Below, in pieces: positions 10,601-20,000 of a DNA stretch of 64,000 nt (positions are counted from its first letter, which is position 1; every line of letters begins with the position of its first letter). Origin of the DNA: Eubacteriales bacterium (GTDB taxonomy: Bacteria > Bacillota > Clostridia > Oscillospirales > CAG-382). The notes beneath the pieces were generated by a model that ran no database searches, had not been told where the DNA came from, and saw only the letters and a list, made by a program, of their open reading frames with translations. The stretch covers positions 42,750-106,749 of the forward strand of contig JAZQFS010000028.1 in the NCBI GenBank assembly GCA_045539625.1. The letters are read 5' to 3'. Position numbers and translations under genes: made by a program.

Positions 10601-11521
10601 ATGGACAGCATTATCAAGGCGGAAAACTTAATATTTTACTACTCCGATGAGCCTGATGCACTGTCGGGAAAGGTGATTGCGGCGGTAAACGGCATTTCGG
10701 TTGAAATTGAAAGAGGCTCTTTTACTGCAATTATCGGGCATAACGGCTCGGGAAAATCCACCCTTGCAAAGCTGCTCAGCGGCGTGCTTTGTCCCACAAG
10801 CGGACGTGTTACGGTGTGCACCGAGGAAGGCGTATGCTACGATTGTGCTGATGAAGCACATAACCTTGACATAAGAAAAACGGTGGGAATGGTGTTCCAG
10901 AACCCCGATAATCAGCTTGTTGCGTCCATAGTTGAGGATGATGTGGCGTTTGCACCTGAAAATCTGGGTGTTGAACCAAAGGAAATAAGAAAACGTGTTA
11001 ACGCTTGCCTTGATGAGGTGGGGCTTCGGGAGTTTTCGGGACACGATACCCATAAGCTCAGCGGCGGACAAAAGCAAAGAGTTGCCATAGCAGGTATACT
11101 CGCAATGAATCCCAAGTGCATAATATTTGACGAATCAACGGCAATGCTTGACCCAAAGGGAAGGCAGGATATACTTGACGTTATTATGAAGCTTAAGGAA
11201 AGCGGAGTTACGGTGGTGCTTATCACTCACTATATGAACGAGGCGGCAATGGCGGATAAAGTGATTGTTGTCCACGGCGGAAGAAAAGTATGTGAGGGAG
11301 CGCCTTGCGAGGTCTTTGCCAAAACAGAGCTTCTTTCGGAATGTTCACTTGAAGCACCCCAGAGCACAGAGGTGTGGCTGGAGGTTACAAAGGCGCTTGG
11401 AGTGGAGAATGGCGGCTGCGTGATAAATACGTCACAGGCCGTTGAAAGGATAGCACGCCTTCTTGAAAGCAGTGGCATAAAGCCGACAAGAATAAATTCC
11501 GAGGGGGAGAAAAATGCTTGA
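10601..11521 (+). CDS. ecfA1: energy-coupling factor (ECF) transporter ATPase EcfA1
   Basis: Walker A GHNGSGKST, signature LSGGQKQRV. ATG at 10601 is preceded by GGAGG, so I prefer it to the ORF-track start at 10571. Confidence 0.82.
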   Translation: MDSIIKAENLIFYYSDEPDALSGKVIAAVNGISVEIERGSFTAIIGHNGSGKSTLAKLLSGVLCPTSGRVTVCTEEGVCYDCADEAHNLDIRKTVGMVFQNPDNQLVASIVEDDVAFAPENLGVEPKEIRKRVNACLDEVGLREFSGHDTHKLSGGQKQRVAIAGILAMNPKCIIFDESTAMLDPKGRQDILDVIMKLKESGVTVVLITHYMNEAAMADKVIVVHGGRKVCEGAPCEVFAKTELLSECSLEAPQSTEVWLEVTKALGVENGGCVINTSQAVERIARLLESSGIKPTRINSEGEKNA

Positions 11522-12359
11522 ATTTCAGAATGTATCGCACGTATACGGCGTAAAGACTCCCTTTGAAAAAACGGCGGTTGATGATGTTTCCTTTAAAATT
11601 CCCGAGGGCAAGGTGACAGGTATTATCGGTCATACAGGCTCGGGAAAATCCACACTCTGCCTTATGATGAACGGACTTTTAAAGCCCACAAGCGGAAAAA
11701 TCCTCTTTCACGGAAAGGATATTCATGAAAAAGGCAGCAGTCTTCGAGACCTTCGCTTTAAAATAGGACTTGTTTTTCAGTACCCCGAATACCAGCTTTT
11801 TGAAGAAACGGTGGAAAAGGATATTGCTTACGGACCTAAAAATATGGGACTTTCCGAGGAAGATATACAGGAAAGAATACAGTATGCCGCACATTTTACG
11901 GGACTTAGCGACGAAATACTGAAAAAAAGTCCCTTTGAGCTGTCGGGCGGACAGAAAAGAAGAGTGGCGATTGCGGGAATTATTGCAATGGACCCTGAAA
12001 TTCTGGTGCTTGACGAGCCTGCGGCAGGTCTTGATCCCAAGGGAAAAAGCGAAATCTTGGGCGGTCTTTGCGATTTTCAACGCAAAAGAGATAACACGAT
12101 GATTATTATTTCCCACAGCATGGAAGATATCGGTATGTACAGCGACAATATAATTACCATGTCAAAGGGAAAAATACTGCTTGAGGGTACTCCGAAAGAG
12201 GTTTTCAGTCAAAGAGATACCCTTATAGAAAACGGACTTTCCGTTCCTGAGGTTACGGAAATTGCGGCACAGCTTAAAAAGCTGGGTTATGATATTAATG
12301 ACGGATGCTTTACGGTAGAGGACGCATCAAAGGAAATTTTAAAGCTTTTCAATAAGTGA
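11514..12359 (+). CDS. ecfA2: energy-coupling factor (ECF) transporter ATPase EcfA2
   Basis: Walker A GHTGSGKST, signature LSGGQKRRV. Overlaps ecfA1 by 8 nt. Confidence 0.82.
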   Translation: MLEFQNVSHVYGVKTPFEKTAVDDVSFKIPEGKVTGIIGHTGSGKSTLCLMMNGLLKPTSGKILFHGKDIHEKGSSLRDLRFKIGLVFQYPEYQLFEETVEKDIAYGPKNMGLSEEDIQERIQYAAHFTGLSDEILKKSPFELSGGQKRRVAIAGIIAMDPEILVLDEPAAGLDPKGKSEILGGLCDFQRKRDNTMIIISHSMEDIGMYSDNIITMSKGKILLEGTPKEVFSQRDTLIENGLSVPEVTEIAAQLKKLGYDINDGCFTVEDASKEILKLFNK

Positions 12360-12390
12360 GAAAAAGTATTGGCGGAGGCGAAATCAAGAC

Positions 12391-13782
12391 GTGAGTCGGA
12401 AAAACAATGAAGTTGATATGACGCAGGGGCCCATATTTAAAAATATGCTGATACTTGCGCTGTCGGTCATGGCAACAAGCATAGTTCAGCAGCTGTTTAA
12501 TACGGCAGACCTGCTTGTTGTGGGACAGTTCGGTGAAAAGGGCGGAATTGCATCGGTAGGTGCCTGTTCCAGCCTTATAAACCTGATGATAAACTTTTTT
12601 ATAGGCTTGTCGGCAGGAAGCGGAATAGTTATGGCACGGCACTACGGTGCAAAAAACACAGAAGAAGCAAGCAAGTGTCTTCATACGGCTGTGTGCTTAA
12701 GCTTCGCAGGAGGTATGGTGCTTGCGGTTATAGCGTGGTTTGCGGCACGTCCTTTGCTGACTTTGCTTGATACACCTACGGAGAACAACGTTCTTGAGGG
12801 TGCAGTTACGTATATGAGAATTTATTTTCTCGGTATGCCCTTTATTATGCTGTTTAACTTCTGCTCGTCAATTCTGAGAGCTGTGGGCGATGCAAAGCGT
12901 ACCTTCGTTTACATAGTACAGTCGGGTGTAATAAACGTAATACTCAATCTTGTTTTTGTAATTGTACTCAAAATGAATGTAGCAGGCGTTGCACTTGCCA
13001 CAACAATTGCCCAAGGGTACTGTGCGGTAAGATGTATAATATGCTTCCTTGGATATGACGGCGTTCTCAAGCTGTATCCCAAGAAGCTGAGAATATATAA
13101 AGATGCCATAGTAGACGTTGCAAAGCTTGGAATACCGTCGGGAATACAAAGCTCGCTGTTTTCCTTTGCAAACGTATTTATACAGTCAAGCGTAAACTCA
13201 CTTGGAGCTGCCGCCGTTGCAGGAGCTGCTGCCGCACAGAATATCGAATACTACCTGTTTTTCTCGTCAGACGGCGTTACCAACGCACTTCTTAACCATA
13301 CCAGCCAGAACTTCGGTGCAAACAAGCCCCAACGTATAAAAAAAGCGGCGTTTTATGCTTCTGCAATGATACTTGTGGCATCAGGCGTTATAGGAGTGCT
13401 TGTGATTATCTTCGGCAAAAATCTTTTGGCACTTTACAACGTTGTTGATCCTGTAGAGGTAAAATTCGGACTTGAAAGAATGAATATTATGGCTGCAACA
13501 CAGTTCCTGGGCGGACTTATGAATGTAACCGCCTCACTTCTCAGGGGAATGTTTAAACCCGTTCCCGCCATGATATTCTCAATTGCAGGCATATGCGGCG
13601 TAAGACTTTTGTGGATTGCAACGGTGTTTACAAAGTATCACACGCTGACGGTTCTGTTTTGGTCATATCCCATCAGCTGGGCGCTCAGCTTTGTGGCACA
13701 GGGTATAATGGCGGTTTATTACTTCAAAAAATACAGTAAGAAAGTTAAATTGCTTGAACAGGCAACTGCTGTGACGGCATAA
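12391..13782 (+). CDS. MATE family efflux transporter
   Basis: About 12 TM helices; N-terminal GPIFKNMLILALSVMATSIVQQLFN is typical of MATE/NorM. True start may be the ATG at 12418. Confidence 0.8.
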   Translation: MSRKNNEVDMTQGPIFKNMLILALSVMATSIVQQLFNTADLLVVGQFGEKGGIASVGACSSLINLMINFFIGLSAGSGIVMARHYGAKNTEEASKCLHTAVCLSFAGGMVLAVIAWFAARPLLTLLDTPTENNVLEGAVTYMRIYFLGMPFIMLFNFCSSILRAVGDAKRTFVYIVQSGVINVILNLVFVIVLKMNVAGVALATTIAQGYCAVRCIICFLGYDGVLKLYPKKLRIYKDAIVDVAKLGIPSGIQSSLFSFANVFIQSSVNSLGAAAVAGAAAAQNIEYYLFFSSDGVTNALLNHTSQNFGANKPQRIKKAAFYASAMILVASGVIGVLVIIFGKNLLALYNVVDPVEVKFGLERMNIMAATQFLGGLMNVTASLLRGMFKPVPAMIFSIAGICGVRLLWIATVFTKYHTLTVLFWSYPISWALSFVAQGIMAVYYFKKYSKKVKLLEQATAVTA

Positions 13783-13797
13783 ACAGGAGGCTTTATT

Positions 13798-14631
13798 ATG
13801 AGATTTTTCTTGAGATTTCCCGATAACAAGTCAAGGGCACTCACCTTCAGCTATGATGACGGTGTAAGACAGGACGGCAGATTTATGGAGCTGCTTAACA
13901 AGTACGGTCTGAAAGGTACATTCAACTTGAACTCAGGCTATCTCGGCAAAGATTCTGCAAGCGGAAGATTTTCCGAAGCTGAGCTTGTTGAAGCTTACAA
14001 GGGACACGAAATAGCAACCCACGGCTATCAGCACCCATTCTTTTCAGAGCTTCCTCAAGAGGCGGTTTCCTATGAAATTGTCCGTGACAGATGGGAGCTT
14101 GAAAGAATTACGGGTGAAATTATAAGAGGTCATGCTTATGCCTACGGCAACACAAGCGACAAGGCGGTTGAAATTCTCGGCAATGCCGGAATTGCTTATG
14201 CAAGAACAACACATGCAACCGGCAGATTTGATATTCCCGGGGATTGGTTAAGACTTGATCCCACCTGCCACCATTCGACGCCTGAAATGTTCAATCTTAT
14301 TGACAAATTCTTAGAGCCCATAGATAAATACGGCAGACCAAAACTTTTCTACATCTGGGGACATACATATGAGTTTGATAATAACGTTGAAAGAAATAAC
14401 TGGGACTATGCCGATGAATTTCTCTCAAAGCTTTCGGGACACGAGGACGATGTGTGGTATGCAACAAACATAGAAATTTATGACTATGTAACCGCATACA
14501 GAAGCCTTGTTTTCTCTATGGACTGCAAGAGAGCACATAATCCTACTTCAACCGATGTGTGGCTGGTTGATATGTCCAATCAGGATAAGGAAATCAAGAT
14601 TCCTGCAGGCTGTACCGTTGAGCTTTATTAA
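13798..14631 (+). CDS. polysaccharide deacetylase (NodB homology) family protein
   Basis: Motifs LTFSYDDG and THGYQHP; no signal peptide. Confidence 0.75.
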   Translation: MRFFLRFPDNKSRALTFSYDDGVRQDGRFMELLNKYGLKGTFNLNSGYLGKDSASGRFSEAELVEAYKGHEIATHGYQHPFFSELPQEAVSYEIVRDRWELERITGEIIRGHAYAYGNTSDKAVEILGNAGIAYARTTHATGRFDIPGDWLRLDPTCHHSTPEMFNLIDKFLEPIDKYGRPKLFYIWGHTYEFDNNVERNNWDYADEFLSKLSGHEDDVWYATNIEIYDYVTAYRSLVFSMDCKRAHNPTSTDVWLVDMSNQDKEIKIPAGCTVELY

Positions 14632-14641
14632 TGGTACTTTT

Positions 14642-14666
14642 TCTCCCCGAAAGGGGAGATTTTTTT
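14642..14666 (+). terminator. rho-independent terminator
   Basis: tctcccc-gaaa-ggggaga followed by T7. Confidence 0.85.
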
Positions 14667-14796
14667 GCTTAAAAACAGGCGAAAATCAAAAAATCACCAA
14701 AGAATTGAATTTAATTTATACCTATGTATTTAATTTGACATATTTATGTAGTATAATAACTTGATAAAATATGTTTATAAGGAGAAGTATCACAAT

Positions 14797-15339
14797 ATGA
14801 AAAAGACAGTGTGTGCGGCACTTGCCGTTCTTGCGGTAAGCTTATGCCTTGTTTCCTGTAAAAACGAAGAAGCAAAAGAAGGAAATATGCTTGTTTCTCC
14901 CGACAACGGAGGATATACCTTTGAAGTTCCCGCATCCTGGGAAATTTCACGCACCGACGGTATGGTAGCAGTATATAATCCCGATGATGCCACAAAGGTA
15001 AATGTTACTTCATACAAGTTTGATAACGGTATGCAGGAGGTTGTAAGCTCTGCCGATTATTGGGAAATATATAAAGCAAAGTTTGAAGATACCTTTGACA
15101 AAATAAACGTAAATAAAGTCGAGGAAACCAAGATTTCGGGAATAACGGCACAGCACGTGTTCTATACCGTAGACCTTGGGCTTGACTCCTTTAACTGTCA
15201 GACGGTGCTTGGCGTATACGATACAGATGTTTATGTGCTCACTCTCACACAGGGCGCAAAAACTGACGCAAATGCAAACGTATACATCGATTACACCCAA
15301 GATTTTAAGGAAATTGCAGATTCCTTCAAAATCGGATAA
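14797..15339 (+). CDS. hypothetical lipoprotein
   Basis: ATG at 14797 is preceded by AAGGAGAAG. Signal peptide with lipobox LVSCK. The ORF-track start at 14761 is an upstream extension. Confidence 0.6.
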   Translation: MKKTVCAALAVLAVSLCLVSCKNEEAKEGNMLVSPDNGGYTFEVPASWEISRTDGMVAVYNPDDATKVNVTSYKFDNGMQEVVSSADYWEIYKAKFEDTFDKINVNKVEETKISGITAQHVFYTVDLGLDSFNCQTVLGVYDTDVYVLTLTQGAKTDANANVYIDYTQDFKEIADSFKIG

Positions 15340-15364
15340 ATAAACAGTTAAAGAGGTAAAATAA

Positions 15365-18193
15365 ATGTCAATTATTACAAAGTTGTTCGGCACAAGAAGC
15401 GAAAGAGAAGTTAAAAAGCTTCTTCCCATAATAGAAAAAATCGAGGCACTTGACGAAAAGTTCTCCGCTATGAGCGAAAAAGAGCTGAGAGGTATGACGC
15501 AGGTGCTCAAAGCAAGACTTGCAGACGGAGAAACGCTTGACGATATTCTTCCCGAAGCCTTTGCAACGGTGAGAGAAGCCTCGTGGCGAGTGCTTGAAAT
15601 GAAGCACTTTCATGTACAGCTCATAGGCGGTCTTGTTATCCATCAGGGCAGAATAGCCGAAATGAAAACAGGTGAAGGTAAAACCCTTATGGCAACGCTT
15701 CCCGCATACCTTAACGCACTTACGGGTAAGGGCGTGCACATTGTTACGGTAAACGATTATCTTGCACGCCGTGACAGTGAGTGGATGGGTAAGGTTTATA
15801 ACTATCTCGGCCTTTCGGTTGGACTTATTGTTCACGGTCTTACACAGGCACAGAGAAAACAGGCTTACGCTGCCGATATCACCTACGGTACAAATAACGA
15901 GTTCGGCTTTGACTATCTGAGAGACAACATGGCTGTCAACAAGGAAAGCCTTGTGCAGAGAGGTCACGCTTTTGCTATTGTGGACGAGGTTGACTCTATC
16001 CTTATAGACGAAGCAAGAACTCCTCTTATTATTTCAGGCGAGGGTGACGCAAGCACAGATATGTACGCAAAGGCGGATAAGTTTGCCGCTTCCCTTCGTG
16101 TTCACGTAATCAAGGAGCTTGACAATAAGGAACAGCAGGACGATATTGACGGCGACTATATCGTTGATGAAAAGAAAAAGACGGTTGTTCTTACGGCAGA
16201 GGGTATCAAGAAGGCAGAAAAATACTTTGGCGTAGATAACCTGTCGGATACAGATAACATCACGCTTTCCAACCACATCAATCTTGCCATACGTGCAAGA
16301 GGTGCAATGAAGAACGATGTTGACTATGTTGTAAAGGACGGCGAGGTGCTGATAGTTGACTCCTTCACCGGAAGAATTATGCTGGGACGCCGCTTCTCCA
16401 ACGGTCTTCATCAGGCGATTGAAGCAAAGGAAGGCGTAAAAATCAAGAACGAGTCAAAGACTCTTGCAACAATTACTTTCCAGAATTTCTTCCGTCTTTA
16501 CAATAAGCTGTCGGGTATGACAGGTACGGCACTTACCGAAGAAGAGGAGTTTCAGGAAATCTATAAGCTTGACGTTGTTGAAATTCCCACCAACCGTCCC
16601 ATGCAGAGAAAGGACGAAAACGACGTTGTTTACAGAACGGTAAGAGGAAAGTACAACGCAATTGTAAAGCAGATTAAGGAGTGCCACGAAAAAGGTCAGC
16701 CCGTGCTTGTGGGTACTGTTTCCATAGAAAAGAGTGAGCTTTTGTCAGCCATTCTCAATAAAAACGGTGTTCCCCATACCGTGCTTAATGCAAAGTTCCA
16801 CGAAAAGGAAGCTGAGATTGTAGCACAGGCAGGTAAATACGGTGCAGTTACCATTTCCACCAATATGGCAGGCCGTGGTACCGATATTATGCTTGGCGGT
16901 AATGCGGAATACCTTGCAAAGAACGAAATGAAAAAGATGGGCTATGAGCCTGAACAGATAAGCGATGCAACAAGCTATTTTGAAACGGACGACGAGAGCG
17001 TTTTGGAACTTCGTAAGATTTACAGCGAGCTGTACGCACGTTTCAAGGCTGAAATTGCACCTGAAGCAAAGAAGGTGCAGGAAGCAGGCGGTCTTTATAT
17101 TCTCGGTACCGAAAGACACGAAAGCCGCCGTATCGACAATCAGCTGAGAGGACGTGCCGGACGTCAGGGCGACCCCGGTGCATCACGCTTCTTCCTTTCA
17201 CTTGAAGATGACCTTCTCAGACTTTTCGGCAGCGAAAAAATAGCAGGTATGGTTGAACGTCTCGGTCTTGATGAGGATACACCCATAGATGCTGCAATTC
17301 TGTCGGGCACAATCGAAAATGCACAGAAGCGTCTTGAATCAATGAACTTTGAAAGACGTAAGAATGTGCTTCTTTACGACAACGTAATGAATCAGCAAAG
17401 AGAGGGCGTTTACAAAAAGAGAGCCTCTATTTTGCAGGGCGATGATGTTAAAGAGCTTATCGATAAGTGGATTGGCGAATATGTTGAGCAGGGCTGCGAA
17501 AGCTTCCTTGTGGGTGAGACTGTTGAAGAATGGAATCTTGAGGGACTTAGAGGCTACTTCTACGGAATCCTTACAGATGATAATGACTTCAAATATGACG
17601 ATAAGCAAATCCATAAAATTACCGAGGATAAGATTATTGACGAGCTGCTTGACCGTGCAAGAACAAAGTATGCAGAAAAGGAAGAGCTGTTCCCCGACGG
17701 ACATTTAAGAGAAATCGAGAGAATTGTACTTCTTCGCAATATTGACCGTCATTGGGTAGACCACATTGACGCAATGGATGACCTTGAAGACGGTATCGGA
17801 CTTCGTGCATGGGGACAGAAGGACCCTGTCAAGGAGTATCAGTTTGAAGCGGACAATATGTTTGCGGATATGAACGATGCCATCAAGGAAGAAACGGTAA
17901 AAATGCTGCTTCAGGTTATGCCTGCATCGACTGTAAGACACGCAGGTGTGGGACAGATGAATGAAGCACGCAAAACAATGCCTGCGGGACCTGTTCCCGG
18001 CGGTATGACAGGAGGAGTTGCAGCTCCCACACAAAGAGAAAACGTGTATGGCAGAGCGGCAAAGCCCGAACAGGAAAATAAAACTCCCTACGTAAAGCCT
18101 GCAAGCGAAAAGGTTGGCAGAAACGATCCGTGTCCCTGCGGCAGCGGCAAAAAGTATAAAAAGTGCTGCGGACAAGGTGCTTCGGAGGAATAA
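15365..18193 (+). CDS. secA: preprotein translocase ATPase SecA
   Basis: 942 aa; DEAD-like motor motifs (MKTGEGKTL, DEVDSILIDEARTPLIISG); C-terminal zinc motif CPCGSGKKYKKCCG. Confidence 0.97.
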   Translation: MSIITKLFGTRSEREVKKLLPIIEKIEALDEKFSAMSEKELRGMTQVLKARLADGETLDDILPEAFATVREASWRVLEMKHFHVQLIGGLVIHQGRIAEMKTGEGKTLMATLPAYLNALTGKGVHIVTVNDYLARRDSEWMGKVYNYLGLSVGLIVHGLTQAQRKQAYAADITYGTNNEFGFDYLRDNMAVNKESLVQRGHAFAIVDEVDSILIDEARTPLIISGEGDASTDMYAKADKFAASLRVHVIKELDNKEQQDDIDGDYIVDEKKKTVVLTAEGIKKAEKYFGVDNLSDTDNITLSNHINLAIRARGAMKNDVDYVVKDGEVLIVDSFTGRIMLGRRFSNGLHQAIEAKEGVKIKNESKTLATITFQNFFRLYNKLSGMTGTALTEEEEFQEIYKLDVVEIPTNRPMQRKDENDVVYRTVRGKYNAIVKQIKECHEKGQPVLVGTVSIEKSELLSAILNKNGVPHTVLNAKFHEKEAEIVAQAGKYGAVTISTNMAGRGTDIMLGGNAEYLAKNEMKKMGYEPEQISDATSYFETDDESVLELRKIYSELYARFKAEIAPEAKKVQEAGGLYILGTERHESRRIDNQLRGRAGRQGDPGASRFFLSLEDDLLRLFGSEKIAGMVERLGLDEDTPIDAAILSGTIENAQKRLESMNFERRKNVLLYDNVMNQQREGVYKKRASILQGDDVKELIDKWIGEYVEQGCESFLVGETVEEWNLEGLRGYFYGILTDDNDFKYDDKQIHKITEDKIIDELLDRARTKYAEKEELFPDGHLREIERIVLLRNIDRHWVDHIDAMDDLEDGIGLRAWGQKDPVKEYQFEADNMFADMNDAIKEETVKMLLQVMPASTVRHAGVGQMNEARKTMPAGPVPGGMTGGVAAPTQRENVYGRAAKPEQENKTPYVKPASEKVGRNDPCPCGSGKKYKKCCGQGASEE

Positions 18194-18196
18194 AAA

Positions 18197-18805
18197 ATGG
18201 GCTTCGGACTGATTTTTTTAGGCTGGGTGACATTGCTGTTCTTTAAAATAATGCCTGTAGGTATTGTGGGAACACTTGTGATGTACAAAGGTCTGTGCAA
18301 GCTGTCGGACTACGGAAAGAATTTTGTACGGGCAAAAAAAGCGTGTCTTGTGCTTATGCTGTACTTTGTGCTTTTCGGGGTAATGCGGACACTTGATATA
18401 ACGGGTGTGTTCAGATTTACACAGGTTCTGGTGCTGGTATATGCTGACGAAATTTTTTACTATGCGTCACTTCTTGTGTTCTCATACTTTCTTTACAGAG
18501 GGCTTGGCGATATATCACGTCAGACAGGCTTTGAAAAGGGCATAAAAAGAGAACAGAAATGTATATCGCTCCTGATAGTTTTTGTGCTGTTTACGGCAGT
18601 AAGAATTGTGTGCTACTTTTTCGGCGTGGAGATGTATCTGCGTTTTGCAATGCTGGTGTATGAGCTGTTCTGGCTTGTATACAGCGCAATGTATATTTAT
18701 TCCTGCTATATGATGATAGCAACGCAGGAAATAATTGACGAGGAAAATAAAAAAATGCGTGAATACGACGAAAAGTATTCTATGCTTAAAAGAAAGAAGA
18801 AATAA
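18197..18805 (+). CDS. hypothetical polytopic membrane protein
   Basis: 202 aa, about 5-6 TM helices, basic C-tail. Starts 4 nt after the secA stop. Its N-terminal IMPxxIxG motif is shared with the 20001 gene. Confidence 0.6.
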   Translation: MGFGLIFLGWVTLLFFKIMPVGIVGTLVMYKGLCKLSDYGKNFVRAKKACLVLMLYFVLFGVMRTLDITGVFRFTQVLVLVYADEIFYYASLLVFSYFLYRGLGDISRQTGFEKGIKREQKCISLLIVFVLFTAVRIVCYFFGVEMYLRFAMLVYELFWLVYSAMYIYSCYMMIATQEIIDEENKKMREYDEKYSMLKRKKK

Positions 18806-18836
18806 TCCGACTTTTCGGATTTGGAGGAAAAGGGCT

Positions 18837-19235
18837 ATGTTAAGACAGGGACTTCTGGGAAAAGAACAGGCTATAGTCAGCCACAGCAACAGTGCACTGG
18901 CAGTTGGAAGCGGCTCTCTCGAGGTGTTTTCAACTCCATCTATGATTGCACTTATGGAAAGTGCGGCGGCAGGAAGCGTCAAGGCTCACCTTGAGCCCGG
19001 CAAAACCACGGTTGGTGTTTCCATAGAGGCAAAGCACATTTCAGCAACACCTCTGGGTATGATGGTGTTCTGCGAAAGCGAGCTTACAGAGGTTGACGGA
19101 AAAAGACTTGTGTTTAAAATCACCGCTTTTGACAAACACGGCGAAATCGGTTCTGCAAGACATGAAAGAATGATTGTGGATGCAAAGCGTTTTATGGAAA
19201 AGGCGGCATCAAAAAAGGAGTTAAGGCATGAATAA
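18837..19235 (+). CDS. hotdog-fold thioesterase family protein
   Basis: ATG at 18837 follows GGAGGAAAAGGG. Sequence (SNSALAVGSGSLEVFSTPSMIALME...SIEAKHISATPLG) resembles the small predicted-thioesterase family. The ORF-track start at 18735 is an extension. Confidence 0.6.
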   Translation: MLRQGLLGKEQAIVSHSNSALAVGSGSLEVFSTPSMIALMESAAAGSVKAHLEPGKTTVGVSIEAKHISATPLGMMVFCESELTEVDGKRLVFKITAFDKHGEIGSARHERMIVDAKRFMEKAASKKELRHE

Positions 19236-19986
19236 CAGCCCCGATAAACAGAAAAAAACTGTCTCACAGGAAAGAAAAGACGAAATAAAAAGTGTCAAGG
19301 CTAAGGAAAAAAAGCTTGTAAAGAAGCTTATTTCCATAGTGCTTGCGGTGTTTGTTCTGCTTGCAGTGTTGCTTTTTGTCCTTGACAGATGTGAAAAAGG
19401 TGCAAATTCACTTGAAGATGTGACTATAGAGCAGATCGATGAAATCTATCCCACATTAAATCCTTATCCTGCAGAATTTGATAAGGACCTGTCGGAATAT
19501 AATCCTGTTTTGATGTATACAGGACCTGACGGCAATTCCTATTCAATAGCAGATATACCCGAAATAAACAAAAACGAGGCTCACCGATTCTTTGAGAAAT
19601 ATTTTGATATACTGAAAAAGGGTGACTTCACTTCCTACGGCGGACTTTTTACACAGTCCTATAAAAAAAATCCCCGCGGATTTGAAAAGGATTTTTCCCG
19701 TAAATTTCCTCCTCAGGAGCTTTACGATATCAAGGTCAAAGAAATGCTCAGAAGCACCGACGGCACGGTGAAGTATACCTATGAGGGTAAGGAGTGCTTC
19801 TTCGGATATTATCTTGTAAGCTATAAAATCCACAGAAATGATGGCTTTTTCAGACGAGATTTGTATGCCGAGGGCGTAGAAAGACCTCTTGTTTTTGAGC
19901 TTGTAACCTTTAATAAGGATACACCGCAGGAGCAGACCTTTATAAAAAACATTTATACCGAAAGCAGTATACCCCTTGAAGGGTAA
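19228..19986 (+). CDS. hypothetical membrane-anchored protein, possibly an NTF2-like ectodomain
   Basis: Lys-rich N-terminus, one TM helix, then a soluble domain of about 190 aa. Overlaps the previous gene by 8 nt. Confidence 0.55.
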   Translation: MNNSPDKQKKTVSQERKDEIKSVKAKEKKLVKKLISIVLAVFVLLAVLLFVLDRCEKGANSLEDVTIEQIDEIYPTLNPYPAEFDKDLSEYNPVLMYTGPDGNSYSIADIPEINKNEAHRFFEKYFDILKKGDFTSYGGLFTQSYKKNPRGFEKDFSRKFPPQELYDIKVKEMLRSTDGTVKYTYEGKECFFGYYLVSYKIHRNDGFFRRDLYAEGVERPLVFELVTFNKDTPQEQTFIKNIYTESSIPLEG

Positions 19987-20000
19987 CAGGTGAGGATTCA

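Noticed and set aside
15010-15967. Two minus-strand ORFs (166 and 199 aa) opposite the lipoprotein gene and secA
   Set aside because: They are antisense to secA. Such shadow ORFs are typical.
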